Assembly: GCA_031410255.1 (NCBI GenBank)
Contig: JANNYT010000162.1
Coordinates: 8,167 to 72,166, forward strand
Direction of reading: 5' to 3'
DNA length: 64,000 bases
From: Novosphingobium sp.
GTDB taxonomy: Bacteria; Pseudomonadota; Alphaproteobacteria; Sphingomonadales; Sphingomonadaceae
Position numbers and translations under genes: made by a program. Below are positions 19,804 to 30,956 of the stretch, piece after piece. Numbering within the stretch: position 1 is the first letter of the stretch; each line of letters starts with the position of its first letter. Under the pieces are notes generated by a model. The model made no database searches, had not been told where the DNA came from, and saw nothing but the letters and a program-made list of their open reading frames with translations.

Positions 19804-19807
<4 letters not shown>
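19253..19807 (-). CDS. GNAT N-acetyltransferase, RimJ/RimL family
   Basis: ETERLVLR, EIGWRLARETWGHGYATEAA, SRAVMARLGM. Confidence 0.9.
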
Positions 19808-21419
<1,612 letters not shown>

Positions 21420-23000
21420 TCAGGACCGCAGCTTGTCGATCTCACGCCGCGGTGCCGCAACGCCGACGCTGGCCTGACGCGGAGCGAGGCTGGCCATCGC
21501 CGCGCCCGGTTTGACCGTCTTGAGCTGGACAACGCGCGCCTTATAGGCCGCCAGCTCGCCCGGATCGACCTGATTGGTGACCGTGAAGGCGACCGTCAGC
21601 GGGTTGACCGGCACGCCGCTGCGATAAAGTTCATAGTGCAGATGTGGCCCGGTTGAGAGGCCGGTCGAGCCGACATAGCCGATCACTTGCCCGGCGCGGA
21701 CATGGCTGCCCGGGCTGACCGCAATCCGGCTCATATGGCCGTAGCCGGTGCCAAACCCGCCGCCGTGCTCCAGTTTGACGAAGTTGCCATGCCCGCCGTG
21801 CCAACCGGCAAAAGCCACAGTGCCGTCGCTGACTGCATAGATCGGCGAGCCATAGGCCGCGCCAAAGTCTACCCCGGCGTGGAGCCGCGAATAGCCCAGG
21901 ATCGGATGGCGGCGGAGCCCGAAGCCTGAAGTGATATGTCCGCCAACCACCGGCATGATCAGCCCGCTGCGCTGCTGGCCCATGCCCGATGCTTCGGCAA
22001 ATTGGCCGTCCTTGCCCCAGCGCAGCAACTGCGCCTTCAACTGTCCATCGTGCTCCAGCCCGGCGAACAGCAGCTCGCCAACTTGCGCCTCGCCACTGGC
22101 GGTGCGGCGGTAGGAAACGATAATGTCAAAGGTATCGCCCGGTTCGATCGCGCTATCGATCGTCATATGTTGGTCGAGCGTTTCGAGATAGAGCTGGATC
22201 GCCTCGATCGGCGCGCCGGCCGCGCGGGCCGAAAGGTACAGGCTGGTGCCTACCGTGCCGCGGATCCGTAGTGGGGTGGTGTCGACCGCGATGGCGTGCG
22301 GCTGCAGCGACAATACTCCGCCAATCCGGCTGATCGACAAATCAAGATCAAACCGCGCGCGCAGTGCGAGACGCTCAAGCGGGCGGCCCGACCCGGTCAG
22401 ATTGCCGAGCGAGATATCGACCTGGGTTCCCGGCGTGATCTGATTGATTGGCACGACGCCAGCGATCATCTGCGCGGCGGCGGCAGCATCGCCCGCGCTT
22501 AACCCAGCGCGCGCCAGCATGCCTTCAAAGGTATCGCCCTGGCCCAGCGTCGCGGTTAGCTGCACTGAACTGCGTTGCGGTGCGTTACCAGCGGATGCGA
22601 CCACCGCCGCGGTGGCGCCCATGCGCCGCCCGCTGTCCCCGCCATAGGCCAGCGGCTGGATCATTTGCGCGCGGAATTCCTCACGCTCGGCGGTGCTGAC
22701 TGGCATGCTTGGCATCGCCGCCATGGCCTTGCTGTCAGGCCAGCAGGAGAAAGCGGCGAGCGCCAGTCCGAGCATCGTCGCCAAACCGCGAAACCAGCGT
22801 TTGCTACCGATGTCTTCGGCCAGATCAGGGGCCCAGTCGGTCTGGGCCAGCTGGGTGAGCGCAGCCGCGCGGCGGCTGGAAGCGCGTTTACGCCAGCCCA
22901 GAGGTGCGGCCGGCGGTGCGACTTGCGAATGAGTCAGCCCGGCGGCACCCGTAATGGGTCCGCCTTGCCCGAACTCCAGCACTTCGCGCGGCTTGTACAA
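21420..23000 (-). CDS. M23 family endopeptidase (MepM/Csd3-like, TM-anchored)
   Basis: TM helix, Csd3-like middle domains, catalytic LHAGVDF and STGPHLHYE. TTG start at 23000 is inferred. Confidence 0.9.
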   Translation of the reverse strand: MYKPREVLEFGQGGPITGAAGLTHSQVAPPAAPLGWRKRASSRRAAALTQLAQTDWAPDLAEDIGSKRWFRGLATMLGLALAAFSCWPDSKAMAAMPSMPVSTAEREEFRAQMIQPLAYGGDSGRRMGATAAVVASAGNAPQRSSVQLTATLGQGDTFEGMLARAGLSAGDAAAAAQMIAGVVPINQITPGTQVDISLGNLTGSGRPLERLALRARFDLDLSISRIGGVLSLQPHAIAVDTTPLRIRGTVGTSLYLSARAAGAPIEAIQLYLETLDQHMTIDSAIEPGDTFDIIVSYRRTASGEAQVGELLFAGLEHDGQLKAQLLRWGKDGQFAEASGMGQQRSGLIMPVVGGHITSGFGLRRHPILGYSRLHAGVDFGAAYGSPIYAVSDGTVAFAGWHGGHGNFVKLEHGGGFGTGYGHMSRIAVSPGSHVRAGQVIGYVGSTGLSTGPHLHYELYRSGVPVNPLTVAFTVTNQVDPGELAAYKARVVQLKTVKPGAAMASLAPRQASVGVAAPRREIDKLRS

Positions 23001-23071
23001 GTGTGCATCCCCGTTTGGCGCAGCGCCGGCGAGAGCCAGCGAAAACGCCCGGCCTGACTGCACCAGATGTG

Positions 23072-23087
23072 GTTAAACTTCGCCTAA
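23072..23087 (-). promoter_or_regulatory. CtrA-like box upstream of the M23 peptidase / helicase divergent pair
   Basis: Minus strand TTAG-GCGAAGT-TTAAC, one mismatch to TTAA-N7-TTAAC. Confidence 0.55.
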
Positions 23088-23184
23088 GACCGCCAGTTTT
23101 TTGCGAACATTTGTCGCAGCGGCGGGGATGACCGGCGCGTCTTGCTTGCGGCGTGGGCAAGGCACTGGCAGACAGCCCTGCCCT

Positions 23185-25746
23185 ATGGTCAAGCACAGCG
23201 CCGTTGTTCGTCCGTCCCGTCCTGCAGCTCGCGACTCCGCGCAGCTCAAGGCCGTGCTGGGCCCAACCAACACCGGCAAGACTCATCTCGCGATCGAACG
23301 GATGTGCGCGCATTCATCGGGCGCAATCGGCTTTCCACTGCGGCTGTTGGCGCGCGAAGTGTATGACAAGGTCTGCGCGATCAAGGGCGCCCAGCAAGTG
23401 GCGCTGATCACCGGCGAAGAGCGGATCGAGCCCAAGCAGGCACGTTATCTGCTGTGCACCGCCGAAGCCATGCCGGTCAGCGCCGATCTGGCCTTTGTGG
23501 CGCTGGATGAGGCGCAGATTTCTGCTGACCGTGAACGCGGGCATATCTTTACCGACCGGTTGCTCCATGCGCGCGGGCGGGAGGAGACGATGTTGCTCGG
23601 CTCGGCCACGCTTGAGCCATTGGTCAAGGCGCTGTTGCCGGAGGCTGAGATCGTGTCGCGCCCGCGCTTTTCCACGCTGAGCCATGGCGGCGCGCGCAAG
23701 CTATCCCGGATCCCGCCGCGCAGCGCGATCGTCGCGTTTTCGGCCGAGCAAGTCTATGCAGTGGCCGAGATGCTGCGGCGCTTTCGCGGCGGTGCGGCGG
23801 TGGTGATGGGCGCATTGTCGCCCGAAACGCGCAATCGGCAGGTAGCATTATACCAGTCGGGCGAGGTCGATTATCTCGTCGCGACCGATGCGATCGGGAT
23901 GGGGCTGAACCTCGATATCGAACATGTCGCATTTGCCGGGCTTTCTAAATTCGATGGACAGCGCCAGCGCCGCTTGATCCCCGACGAAATGGCGCAGATC
24001 GCCGGACGCGCCGGGCGGTACCAGCGCGACGGAACCTTTGGGACTTTGGCGGGGACCGGCGGCCACGATGCCGAATTCACTTCCGAAGAAGTCTACGCGA
24101 TCGAGGAGCACCGCTTCGCCCCGCTGACCCGGCTGTACTGGCGCGAGCCTGAGCCCGATTGCAGTTCGCTCAGCAGCCTGATCGCCGACTTGACCCGTCC
24201 TCCGTCTCGCCCCGAACTGGTGATCGCTCCCGAAGCGATCGACCTGGCCGTATTGCGGCGGCTGGCCGAGGAGCCTGATCTGGCCGCGAGCCTGCGCGGC
24301 ACTGCGCAGGTTGCGCGGCTGTGGGACGTGTGCCGCCTGCCCGATTTTCGCCAGCATGGTGCGGAGACGCATTCACGCTTCGTCGCGCGGCTGTGGCAGG
24401 ATCTGCGCGGCGGGATGCTGGGCGGGGACTATGTCGCCAAGTCGATTGCCGATCTCGATAATCCGGCGGGCGATATCGACACCTTGCAGATGCGGATCGC
24501 GGCAATCCGCAGCTGGGCCTATATTGCCCAGCGGCCCGATTGGGTCTTGGCCAAGGAGGAGATGGCCGCGCGCGCCCGCGCCGCCGAAGCCCGGCTGTCG
24601 GATGCGCTCCACGCCCGGTTGACCGAGCGCTTCGTCAACCGCCGCACTTCGGTGCTGATGAAGAAACACGGCGGTGACGCCGGGTTGCTGCCGGTCCGGC
24701 TGGAGGGCGACGAAGTGCAGGTCGATGGCGAGGCGATCGGGCACCTCGCGGGCTTTCGTTTCCGGATTGACCCGCAAGCGCGACTGGCTGACCGCAAGTT
24801 GCTGCTAGCCGCGGCCGAGCGGCACTTGCCCAGTTTGCGGGCCTTGCGCGCGCAAGCATTGATGGCAGCGCTGAGCGAGGGCCAACCGGTGCTGGCATTG
24901 AATGGCGCGGCGCTGACCTGGGATGGTGAGGCACTGGCCCAATTGACGGCAGGACGTGCGTTGCTCAGCCCGGGGATCGCGCTCGACCCGGCGCTGGCCG
25001 GGCTTGAACCAGCACTCAAACAGCAATTGCTCGAGCAGCTCCAGCTTTGGCTGGCGCAAGCACTCGCGCCGCTGGCCCCGCTGCGGCGGATCGAAGCGGC
25101 CAGCGCAGACCGGGTCGCCGGGCCGGAACTGCGCGCGCTGCTGATCCAGCTGGTCGAAGCCGGTGGGATGCTGCCGCGCGAGGGATCGGGGCTTGACCGG
25201 CTGGGCAAGGAGCAGCGCGACTATCTGCGCAAGCTGGGGGTGCAGGTCGGCGCGCTCGATCTGTTCGTGCGTGACATGCTCAAGGTCGCGGCGCTGGCGG
25301 CGCGGCGAACTTTGTTGGCGGCACGCGGCGTGGCCAGCGCCGCGCCGGTGCCAGGGATGGCGCCGGTGCTGACGCTGCCCACCGCAGCGCAAACCCCGCC
25401 CGGCTATCGCCGCCTCGGTCCGCAGGCATTGCGGCTCGATATTGCGGAAAAGCTGGTCCGCGCCGCGCATGGCGTGCGGGTGACGGCAGCGGGCAAGACC
25501 TTTGTGCTCGATCCGGCACTGGCCGTGTCAACCGGCCTTGCAACTCCGGGCTATGCGCAGCTGCTGCGGCTGGCCGGGTTCAAGCCGATCATGCCGCGGC
25601 CACTGCGGCCCGGGATGTTTGGCCCGGCGCAGCCGCCGCGCTGGCGCTGGGTTCCAGCCCGGCGCCCTGATCCGGTTGCCGATTCGGTTCCGCCCCCGCC
25701 GCGCGGCGGAAATGCCTTTGCCGAACTTGCGCTGCTGCTGCGGTGA
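23185..25746 (+). CDS. Suv3-like superfamily-2 helicase (MgpS-type)
   Basis: LGPTNTGKT, LDEAQ, LVATDAIGMGLNL, QIAGRAGR; long helical C-terminal extension. Confidence 0.9.
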   Translation: MVKHSAVVRPSRPAARDSAQLKAVLGPTNTGKTHLAIERMCAHSSGAIGFPLRLLAREVYDKVCAIKGAQQVALITGEERIEPKQARYLLCTAEAMPVSADLAFVALDEAQISADRERGHIFTDRLLHARGREETMLLGSATLEPLVKALLPEAEIVSRPRFSTLSHGGARKLSRIPPRSAIVAFSAEQVYAVAEMLRRFRGGAAVVMGALSPETRNRQVALYQSGEVDYLVATDAIGMGLNLDIEHVAFAGLSKFDGQRQRRLIPDEMAQIAGRAGRYQRDGTFGTLAGTGGHDAEFTSEEVYAIEEHRFAPLTRLYWREPEPDCSSLSSLIADLTRPPSRPELVIAPEAIDLAVLRRLAEEPDLAASLRGTAQVARLWDVCRLPDFRQHGAETHSRFVARLWQDLRGGMLGGDYVAKSIADLDNPAGDIDTLQMRIAAIRSWAYIAQRPDWVLAKEEMAARARAAEARLSDALHARLTERFVNRRTSVLMKKHGGDAGLLPVRLEGDEVQVDGEAIGHLAGFRFRIDPQARLADRKLLLAAAERHLPSLRALRAQALMAALSEGQPVLALNGAALTWDGEALAQLTAGRALLSPGIALDPALAGLEPALKQQLLEQLQLWLAQALAPLAPLRRIEAASADRVAGPELRALLIQLVEAGGMLPREGSGLDRLGKEQRDYLRKLGVQVGALDLFVRDMLKVAALAARRTLLAARGVASAAPVPGMAPVLTLPTAAQTPPGYRRLGPQALRLDIAEKLVRAAHGVRVTAAGKTFVLDPALAVSTGLATPGYAQLLRLAGFKPIMPRPLRPGMFGPAQPPRWRWVPARRPDPVADSVPPPPRGGNAFAELALLLR

Positions 25747-26060
25747 TGCGGATCGACAAAGCGCTGTGGTTTTTGCGGCTGGCCCCGAGCCGGACGTTGG
25801 CCCAGCAACTGATCGAGCGCGGACACGTCCGGCTCAACGGACGGCGGATCGCCAAGCCCAGTGTCGCGGTCAAACCCGGCGATGTGCTGACCTTGCCGCT
25901 GGTCCCACAAGTCAAAGTCATCGCGCTGGAGCAGCTGCCCAGCCGGCGCGGACCAGCCGATGAAGCACAAAGCTGCTACCGCGTGCTTGACGAGCGCGCG
26001 GCAAATCCCATAGCAGGTACCGTTGAAGAAGATCATTCCTTTGGGGACCCGTTACCATGA
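25743..26060 (+). CDS. S4 RNA-binding domain protein (Hsp15/HslR-like)
   Basis: [47 protein letters not shown]. Confidence 0.9.
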   Translation: MMRIDKALWFLRLAPSRTLAQQLIERGHVRLNGRRIAKPSVAVKPGDVLTLPLVPQVKVIALEQLPSRRGPADEAQSCYRVLDERAANPIAGTVEEDHSFGDPLP

Positions 26061-26395
26061 CCTATGTCGTCACCGACGCCTGCATCAAATGCAAATATAT
26101 GGACTGCGTCGAGGTCTGCCCCGTCGATTGCTTTTATGAGGGCGAGAATATGCTCGTCATCAACCCCAGCGAATGTATCGATTGCGGCGTTTGCGAACCG
26201 GAATGCCCGGCCGAGGCGATCCTGCCCGATACCGAAAGCGGCCTCGAACAGTGGCTTGAGCTCAACACCAAGTTTTCGGCCGAATGGCCCAACATCACCA
26301 CCAAGAAAGACTCGCCCGCAGATGCCGACGAGTTCAAGGGCGAGGACGGCAAGTTCGACAAGTTCTTCTCGGCTGAACCGGGTGAGGGCGACTAG
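26057..26395 (+). CDS. fdxA: 7Fe ferredoxin FdxA
   Basis: [41 protein letters not shown]. Confidence 0.96.
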   Translation: MTYVVTDACIKCKYMDCVEVCPVDCFYEGENMLVINPSECIDCGVCEPECPAEAILPDTESGLEQWLELNTKFSAEWPNITTKKDSPADADEFKGEDGKFDKFFSAEPGEGD

Positions 26396-26674
26396 GCGCA
26401 CCTTTGCGCCCAGCCCTGCGCTACGTAGCGTAACCCGCACAAATCGGCGGCGACTATCTCGCCTCTGGTAATTTTGTTGCGGGCATGCTATATAATCATC
26501 CTCGGGCCGCAGGATTCCTCCTTCCTGCAGTGACTACGCATTTTTGAAAGGCAGGATTCGAACAGGTTTGATGGCACCACCGGGACCCGGCCTGTCCGCG
26601 CCCCGCATGGCAAAGCGATTGACCCTGATCCGCGCCTACTGGCCGGCTCGAACCTGCAAGCGAAAGGACGTTCC

Positions 26675-27217
26675 ATGGTGACCAAGGCGCAGGCCTTTGA
26701 TGTCGGTGACTACGTTGTTTATCCCAAGCACGGTGTCGGACGGGTGGTTGAACTGCTCGAGCAGGAAATCGCCGGGATGCAGCTTGAACTCTATGTGTTG
26801 CGCTTTGAAAAAGAGCGCATGACCCTGCGGGTGCCCGTCAGCAAGATCGAATCGATCGGCATGCGCAAGCTGTCGTCGGACAAAACCTTGCGTGAAGCGC
26901 TCGAAACGCTGACCGGCAAGCCCAAGGTGAAGCGCACCATGTGGTCGCGCCGCGCACAGGAATACGAAGCCAAGATCAATTCGGGCGATCTCGTCTCGAT
27001 TGCCGAGGTGACCCGCGATCTGTTCCGCGCTGACGATCAGCCCGAGCAGAGCTATTCCGAACGGCAGATTTTCGAAGCCGCCTCGTCGCGCCTCGCGCGC
27101 GAGCTGGCCGCGATGGAAAAGACTGACGAGCCTTCGGCGCTCAAGAAGATCCTCGAGATCCTCAACGAGCATGCCCCCAAGTATTACGCCGAAGCCGCAG
27201 CCGCCGCTGCTGTCTAA
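26675..27217 (+). CDS. carD: CarD/CdnL family RNA-polymerase-binding transcription factor
   Basis: FDVGDYVVYPKHGVG, MWSRRAQEYEAKINSGD, QSYSERQIFEAA. Confidence 0.95.
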   Translation: MVTKAQAFDVGDYVVYPKHGVGRVVELLEQEIAGMQLELYVLRFEKERMTLRVPVSKIESIGMRKLSSDKTLREALETLTGKPKVKRTMWSRRAQEYEAKINSGDLVSIAEVTRDLFRADDQPEQSYSERQIFEAASSRLARELAAMEKTDEPSALKKILEILNEHAPKYYAEAAAAAAV

Positions 27218-27242
27218 GCGTTTTCCGCATTGAGTTCGGGAT

Positions 27243-27269
27243 GGGCCGTCCGCCGGGGCGGCCCTTTTT
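27243..27269 (+). terminator. Rho-independent terminator after carD
   Basis: GGGCCGTCC-GCCG-GGGCGGCCC followed by TTTTT. Confidence 0.8.
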
Positions 27270-27310
27270 GAATGGGCGCAAGCTATTCGCTCTTGCGCAA
27301 CCCGCCTTGC

Positions 27311-27330
27311 TGTATTAGATCATTAATACA
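27311..27330. promoter_or_regulatory. Palindromic operator upstream of the GIN-domain gene
   Basis: Perfect inverted repeat TGTATTA-N6-TAATACA, AT-rich in a GC-rich context, overlapping a possible TTGCGC-N17-TAGATC promoter. Confidence 0.6.
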
Positions 27331-27347
27331 CAACGCGGAGTCCAGCC

Positions 27348-28208
27348 ATGAAGTTCGACAAATTCATCAAAGCCCTTGCCCCTGTGCTCGCCATTGCCAT
27401 CGCTGCCAGCGTTTCGGGCTGCGACCGCAAGGTCAAAATCGATACCGACACCGGCAAGGTTACGGTCACTGGCAGCAGCGATGGCAAGAAGCTGTCTGAA
27501 CTCGATCTCAGCGGCCCGGCCCCGACCGAACTCGTGCTGGCCGGACCCGATGAGGTCCAACTGACTCAAGGTGACAAGCTGGCGATCACGGTTGACGGCG
27601 ATGCTGACGCCGCGGCCAAGCTGCGCTTCAACCTGAAGGACGGCACGCTCAGCATCATGCGCGATGGCAAGTGGTTTGGCGGCGATGGCGGCAAGCTGGC
27701 AGTGGTCCATGTCACCATGCCTGCACCCACGGACATCACCATGGCCGGGTCGGGCAAGATTACCGCCCCGGTACTGGCCCGCGAAGCCAAGGTCACCGTC
27801 GCCGGCTCCGGCAATATCGAATCGCCTGGCATTGCCGGTGATTCGCTGGAACTGACGATTGCTGGTTCAGGTAATTTCAGAGGCGCGGGCTCGGTCAAGA
27901 AGCTCGACGTAACTGTGGCCGGGAGCGGTTCAGCTGCGCTGGCCGGGATGAAGGCCGACAGCGCCAATTTGACCATCGCCGGATCGGGCAATGCTGACTT
28001 CGCCTCCGATGGCGACGTTGAGGCGACCATCATGGGTTCGGGCACGGTCAAAGTCACCGGCCGCGCCCGCTGCAAGGTCAGTTCGATGGGTTCGGGCACG
28101 CTGATCTGCGAGAACGGCGTAACTGACAGCGATGCCGATGAAGACGAAAACGGCGCACCTGCTGCCCCAGCGGCGCCTGCTACGCCAGCGGCACCGAAAA
28201 AGCCCTGA
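27348..28208 (+). CDS. Head GIN domain (DUF2807) lipoprotein
   Basis: Lipobox VSG-C; repeated xAGSGx beta-helix motifs. Confidence 0.85.
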   Translation: MKFDKFIKALAPVLAIAIAASVSGCDRKVKIDTDTGKVTVTGSSDGKKLSELDLSGPAPTELVLAGPDEVQLTQGDKLAITVDGDADAAAKLRFNLKDGTLSIMRDGKWFGGDGGKLAVVHVTMPAPTDITMAGSGKITAPVLAREAKVTVAGSGNIESPGIAGDSLELTIAGSGNFRGAGSVKKLDVTVAGSGSAALAGMKADSANLTIAGSGNADFASDGDVEATIMGSGTVKVTGRARCKVSSMGSGTLICENGVTDSDADEDENGAPAAPAAPATPAAPKKP

Positions 28209-28212
28209 TCAA

Positions 28213-29163
28213 CTAGCTCGCGGCCCGGCGCAGGCGGTCATTGATCGCTGCGCCGAGGCCGCTGCCGGGAATCTGAGCTACTGCCACACGCGGCTGCGGC
28301 GCAGCGGCGGCACGGTGCAACGCGGCGTAAAGCTGCGCCGCTGCTTCCGCCAGATCGCCCGCCGGGCTGAGGTTGATGTGGCCCTCCACCGCGTCAAACC
28401 CGATCAAGAATTCATCCGGCTCGGCCGTTTCGGCATCCAGCCGCAGCGGCTTGCCAGGCGAATAGTGGCTCGCCAGCTGCCCAGGTGCTTCGATTTTTGC
28501 TGACGTCATGGGAGCAGGCGGGCCGCCCAGAACTTCAGAAATCTCCGCTTCACTGATCGGACCGGGGCGCAGAAGTTGCCAGATGCCACCTCCGCGCAGG
28601 GCGACAATCGTGCTTTCCAGCCCCGCCGCGCAGCGCCCGCCATCGAGCACCAGGGCGATCCGTCCGCTCAACGAGTCCGCCACATGCACCGCCTCGGTCG
28701 GGCTGACTGAGCCGCTGCGATTGGCCGAAGGTGCAGCCAGCGGGAGACCGCACTGCGCCAGCACCGCACGCATCACCGGGTGCGCCGGACAGCGCAAGGC
28801 GATGGTCGAAAGGCCAGCGGTCACTGCAGGGGCGATGGCCGCACCATCCTTCAACGGCAGGACCATGGTCAGCGCGCCGGGCCAAAAGGCAGCGGCCAGC
28901 GCCCGCGCGCGATCATCGAACTGCGCCAGCTCTGCGGCTTGGCTAACATCCGCCACGTGCACGATCAGCGGATTAAAGCTGGGCCGTCCTTTGGCCGCAT
29001 AGATTGCCGCTACGGCATCGCCGCGGTCGGCCCGCGCCGCAAGGCCGTAAACCGTTTCTGTCGGCAGCGCGACCGGCGCTCCAGCCTGCAGCAGCGCGCA
29101 AGCTGATGCTATTCCCGCCGGATCGGCCGGCCGGATCGCAGGACCTGGATGCTTGCGGGACAT
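28213..29163 (-). CDS. tsaC: L-threonylcarbamoyladenylate synthase (Sua5 type)
   Basis: VALPTETVYGL, KGRPSFNPLIVH, PLAAPSANRSG, GLESTIV, APGQLASHY (SUA5 C-domain). Confidence 0.95.
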   Translation of the reverse strand: MSRKHPGPAIRPADPAGIASACALLQAGAPVALPTETVYGLAARADRGDAVAAIYAAKGRPSFNPLIVHVADVSQAAELAQFDDRARALAAAFWPGALTMVLPLKDGAAIAPAVTAGLSTIALRCPAHPVMRAVLAQCGLPLAAPSANRSGSVSPTEAVHVADSLSGRIALVLDGGRCAAGLESTIVALRGGGIWQLLRPGPISEAEISEVLGGPPAPMTSAKIEAPGQLASHYSPGKPLRLDAETAEPDEFLIGFDAVEGHINLSPAGDLAEAAAQLYAALHRAAAAPQPRVAVAQIPGSGLGAAINDRLRRAAS

Positions 29164-29219
29164 GCCGCCGCGCTATAGGCGATACAGGGTAAAGCCAAGA
29201 AAAAGCGCGAGACCAGCCC

Positions 29220-30956
29220 ATGGAATATACCGCCCCCACTGCCGATCAGGTTCTGGCCATCCGCGTCAACGCCGGGATCGCAGAGCTTGCCGCGCATGAC
29301 CGCTTCGCCGCCGCCAGCCCCGATATGGTCGAAGCGATTGTCGAAGGCATCGGGCAATTCGCCGCAGGCGAATGGGCGCCGCTCAACCGCAAGGGCGATC
29401 AGGAGGGCGCCAAGCTGGCGAATGGCGTAGTCAGCCTGCCCGATGGATTTGCCGCCGCCTATCACCACTACGTCGAGCAAGGCTGGAACGCGATTGCAGG
29501 CGATACCGAGTTCGGCGGGCAAGGCTTGCCATTCACGCTATCTGCCAACGTCATCGAAAACCTGGGCACGGCCAACATGGCATTCGGGCTGCTGCCGATG
29601 CTCACTGTCGGCGCGATTGAGGCAATCAGCCACCACGGCAGCCCTGACCAGAAAGCCGCGTACCTTGCCAAGCTGATCAGCGGCGAATGGTCCGGGACCA
29701 TGAACCTGACCGAACCGCAGGCCGGATCGGATGTCGGCGCGCTGCGCAGCACCGCCACGCCTATCTCAGTAGGTGAGCACGCGGGCAAATATCTGATCAA
29801 GGGCACCAAGATCTATATCACTTGGGGTGAACATAATCTCGCCAGTAACGTCGTCCACCTCGTGCTGGCACGAACACCTGATGCCCCTGCCGGAACGCGC
29901 GGGATCAGCTTGTTTGTGGTGCCAAAGTTCCTCGTTGCCACGGATGGCAGTCCGGGCGCGCGCAACGATCTGCGCTGCGTCAGCCTCGAGCACAAATTGG
30001 GCATCAATGCCTCGCCAACCTGCGTGATGAGCTTTGGCGACAACGACGACTGCATGGGCGAATTGATCGGGCGTGAGAACGAGGGCCTCAAAGCCATGTT
30101 CACGATGATGAATTCGGCGCGGATCAACGTTGGCAACCAAGGCGTGCAGATCGCCGAGCGCGCACTGCAGGCGGCGCAGTACTATGCGCGCGAGCGGGTC
30201 CAGTCGGCCCGCGCCGGATCAGCCGACAAGGCCCCGGTCGCGATTATCGAGCATCCCGATGTGCGGCGGATGCTGCTGCGGATGCGCGCGCTGACCGAAG
30301 GCGCGAGGGCGCTGCTTTATTACACCGCTGGCCTCGTTGATCGCGGCACGCTGGGACTGCCCGGCGCGGCTGAGCGCGCCGATTGCCTGGTGCCGATGCT
30401 CAAAGCCTGGGGCACCGACATCGGCTGCGAGGTCGCCAGCATCGGTGTGCAGATCCACGGCGGGATGGGCTTTATCGAGGAAACCGGCGCAGCGCAGCAT
30501 TACCGCGATGCGCGGATCGCGCCGATCTATGAAGGCACCAACGGCATTCAGGCCGCCGATCTGGTCACCCGCAAGCTGGGCTATGCAGGCGGCGCGGTCT
30601 TGGTGTCACTGTTTGCCGACATTGCCCGCGAATGCAGCGACGTGCCCGAGCTGGCCGGACTGGCGCAAGACTGCGCCGGGATCGCCCGGTGGATGAGCGA
30701 TAGCGCCAGCCTCGATGACAAGCTGGCGGGCAGCACCGCGTTCTGCACCATGGCCGCGGTCGCAGTGGCGGGCTGGCAGCTGCAGCGTCAGGCCAGCGCA
30801 GTTGGTGCCGAGGACGGATCACTCACCGCCAGCAAGCCGGTGATCGCACGCTATTTCGCCGAGCACTTGGTGCCCGAAGCGCGCGGCCTGAAAGCTGCGG
30901 CAACCGCCGGTGCCGGGCTGCTCTATGCGCTCGACAGCGCCGCCTTGGCCGGATGA
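29220..30956 (+). CDS. Acyl-CoA dehydrogenase (long, about 580 aa type)
   Basis: GTMNLTEPQAGSD, GTKIYITWGEH, EHKLGINASPT, GVQIHGGMGFIEETG, IYEGTNGIQA. Confidence 0.93.
   Translation: MEYTAPTADQVLAIRVNAGIAELAAHDRFAAASPDMVEAIVEGIGQFAAGEWAPLNRKGDQEGAKLANGVVSLPDGFAAAYHHYVEQGWNAIAGDTEFGGQGLPFTLSANVIENLGTANMAFGLLPMLTVGAIEAISHHGSPDQKAAYLAKLISGEWSGTMNLTEPQAGSDVGALRSTATPISVGEHAGKYLIKGTKIYITWGEHNLASNVVHLVLARTPDAPAGTRGISLFVVPKFLVATDGSPGARNDLRCVSLEHKLGINASPTCVMSFGDNDDCMGELIGRENEGLKAMFTMMNSARINVGNQGVQIAERALQAAQYYARERVQSARAGSADKAPVAIIEHPDVRRMLLRMRALTEGARALLYYTAGLVDRGTLGLPGAAERADCLVPMLKAWGTDIGCEVASIGVQIHGGMGFIEETGAAQHYRDARIAPIYEGTNGIQAADLVTRKLGYAGGAVLVSLFADIARECSDVPELAGLAQDCAGIARWMSDSASLDDKLAGSTAFCTMAAVAVAGWQLQRQASAVGAEDGSLTASKPVIARYFAEHLVPEARGLKAAATAGAGLLYALDSAALAG

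Noticed and set aside
26551-26657. tRNA T-arm-like text (GCAGGTTCGA ... GTTCGAATCCTGC on the minus strand)
   Set aside because: No acceptor, D or anticodon arms can be built, and the flank runs into the carD start. It is better explained as a helix in the carD leader.
27700-28110. Recurrent GSG motifs in the GIN-domain gene as CRISPR-like or direct repeats
   Set aside because: They are degenerate in-frame beta-helix repeats with no identical DNA repeat-spacer structure.
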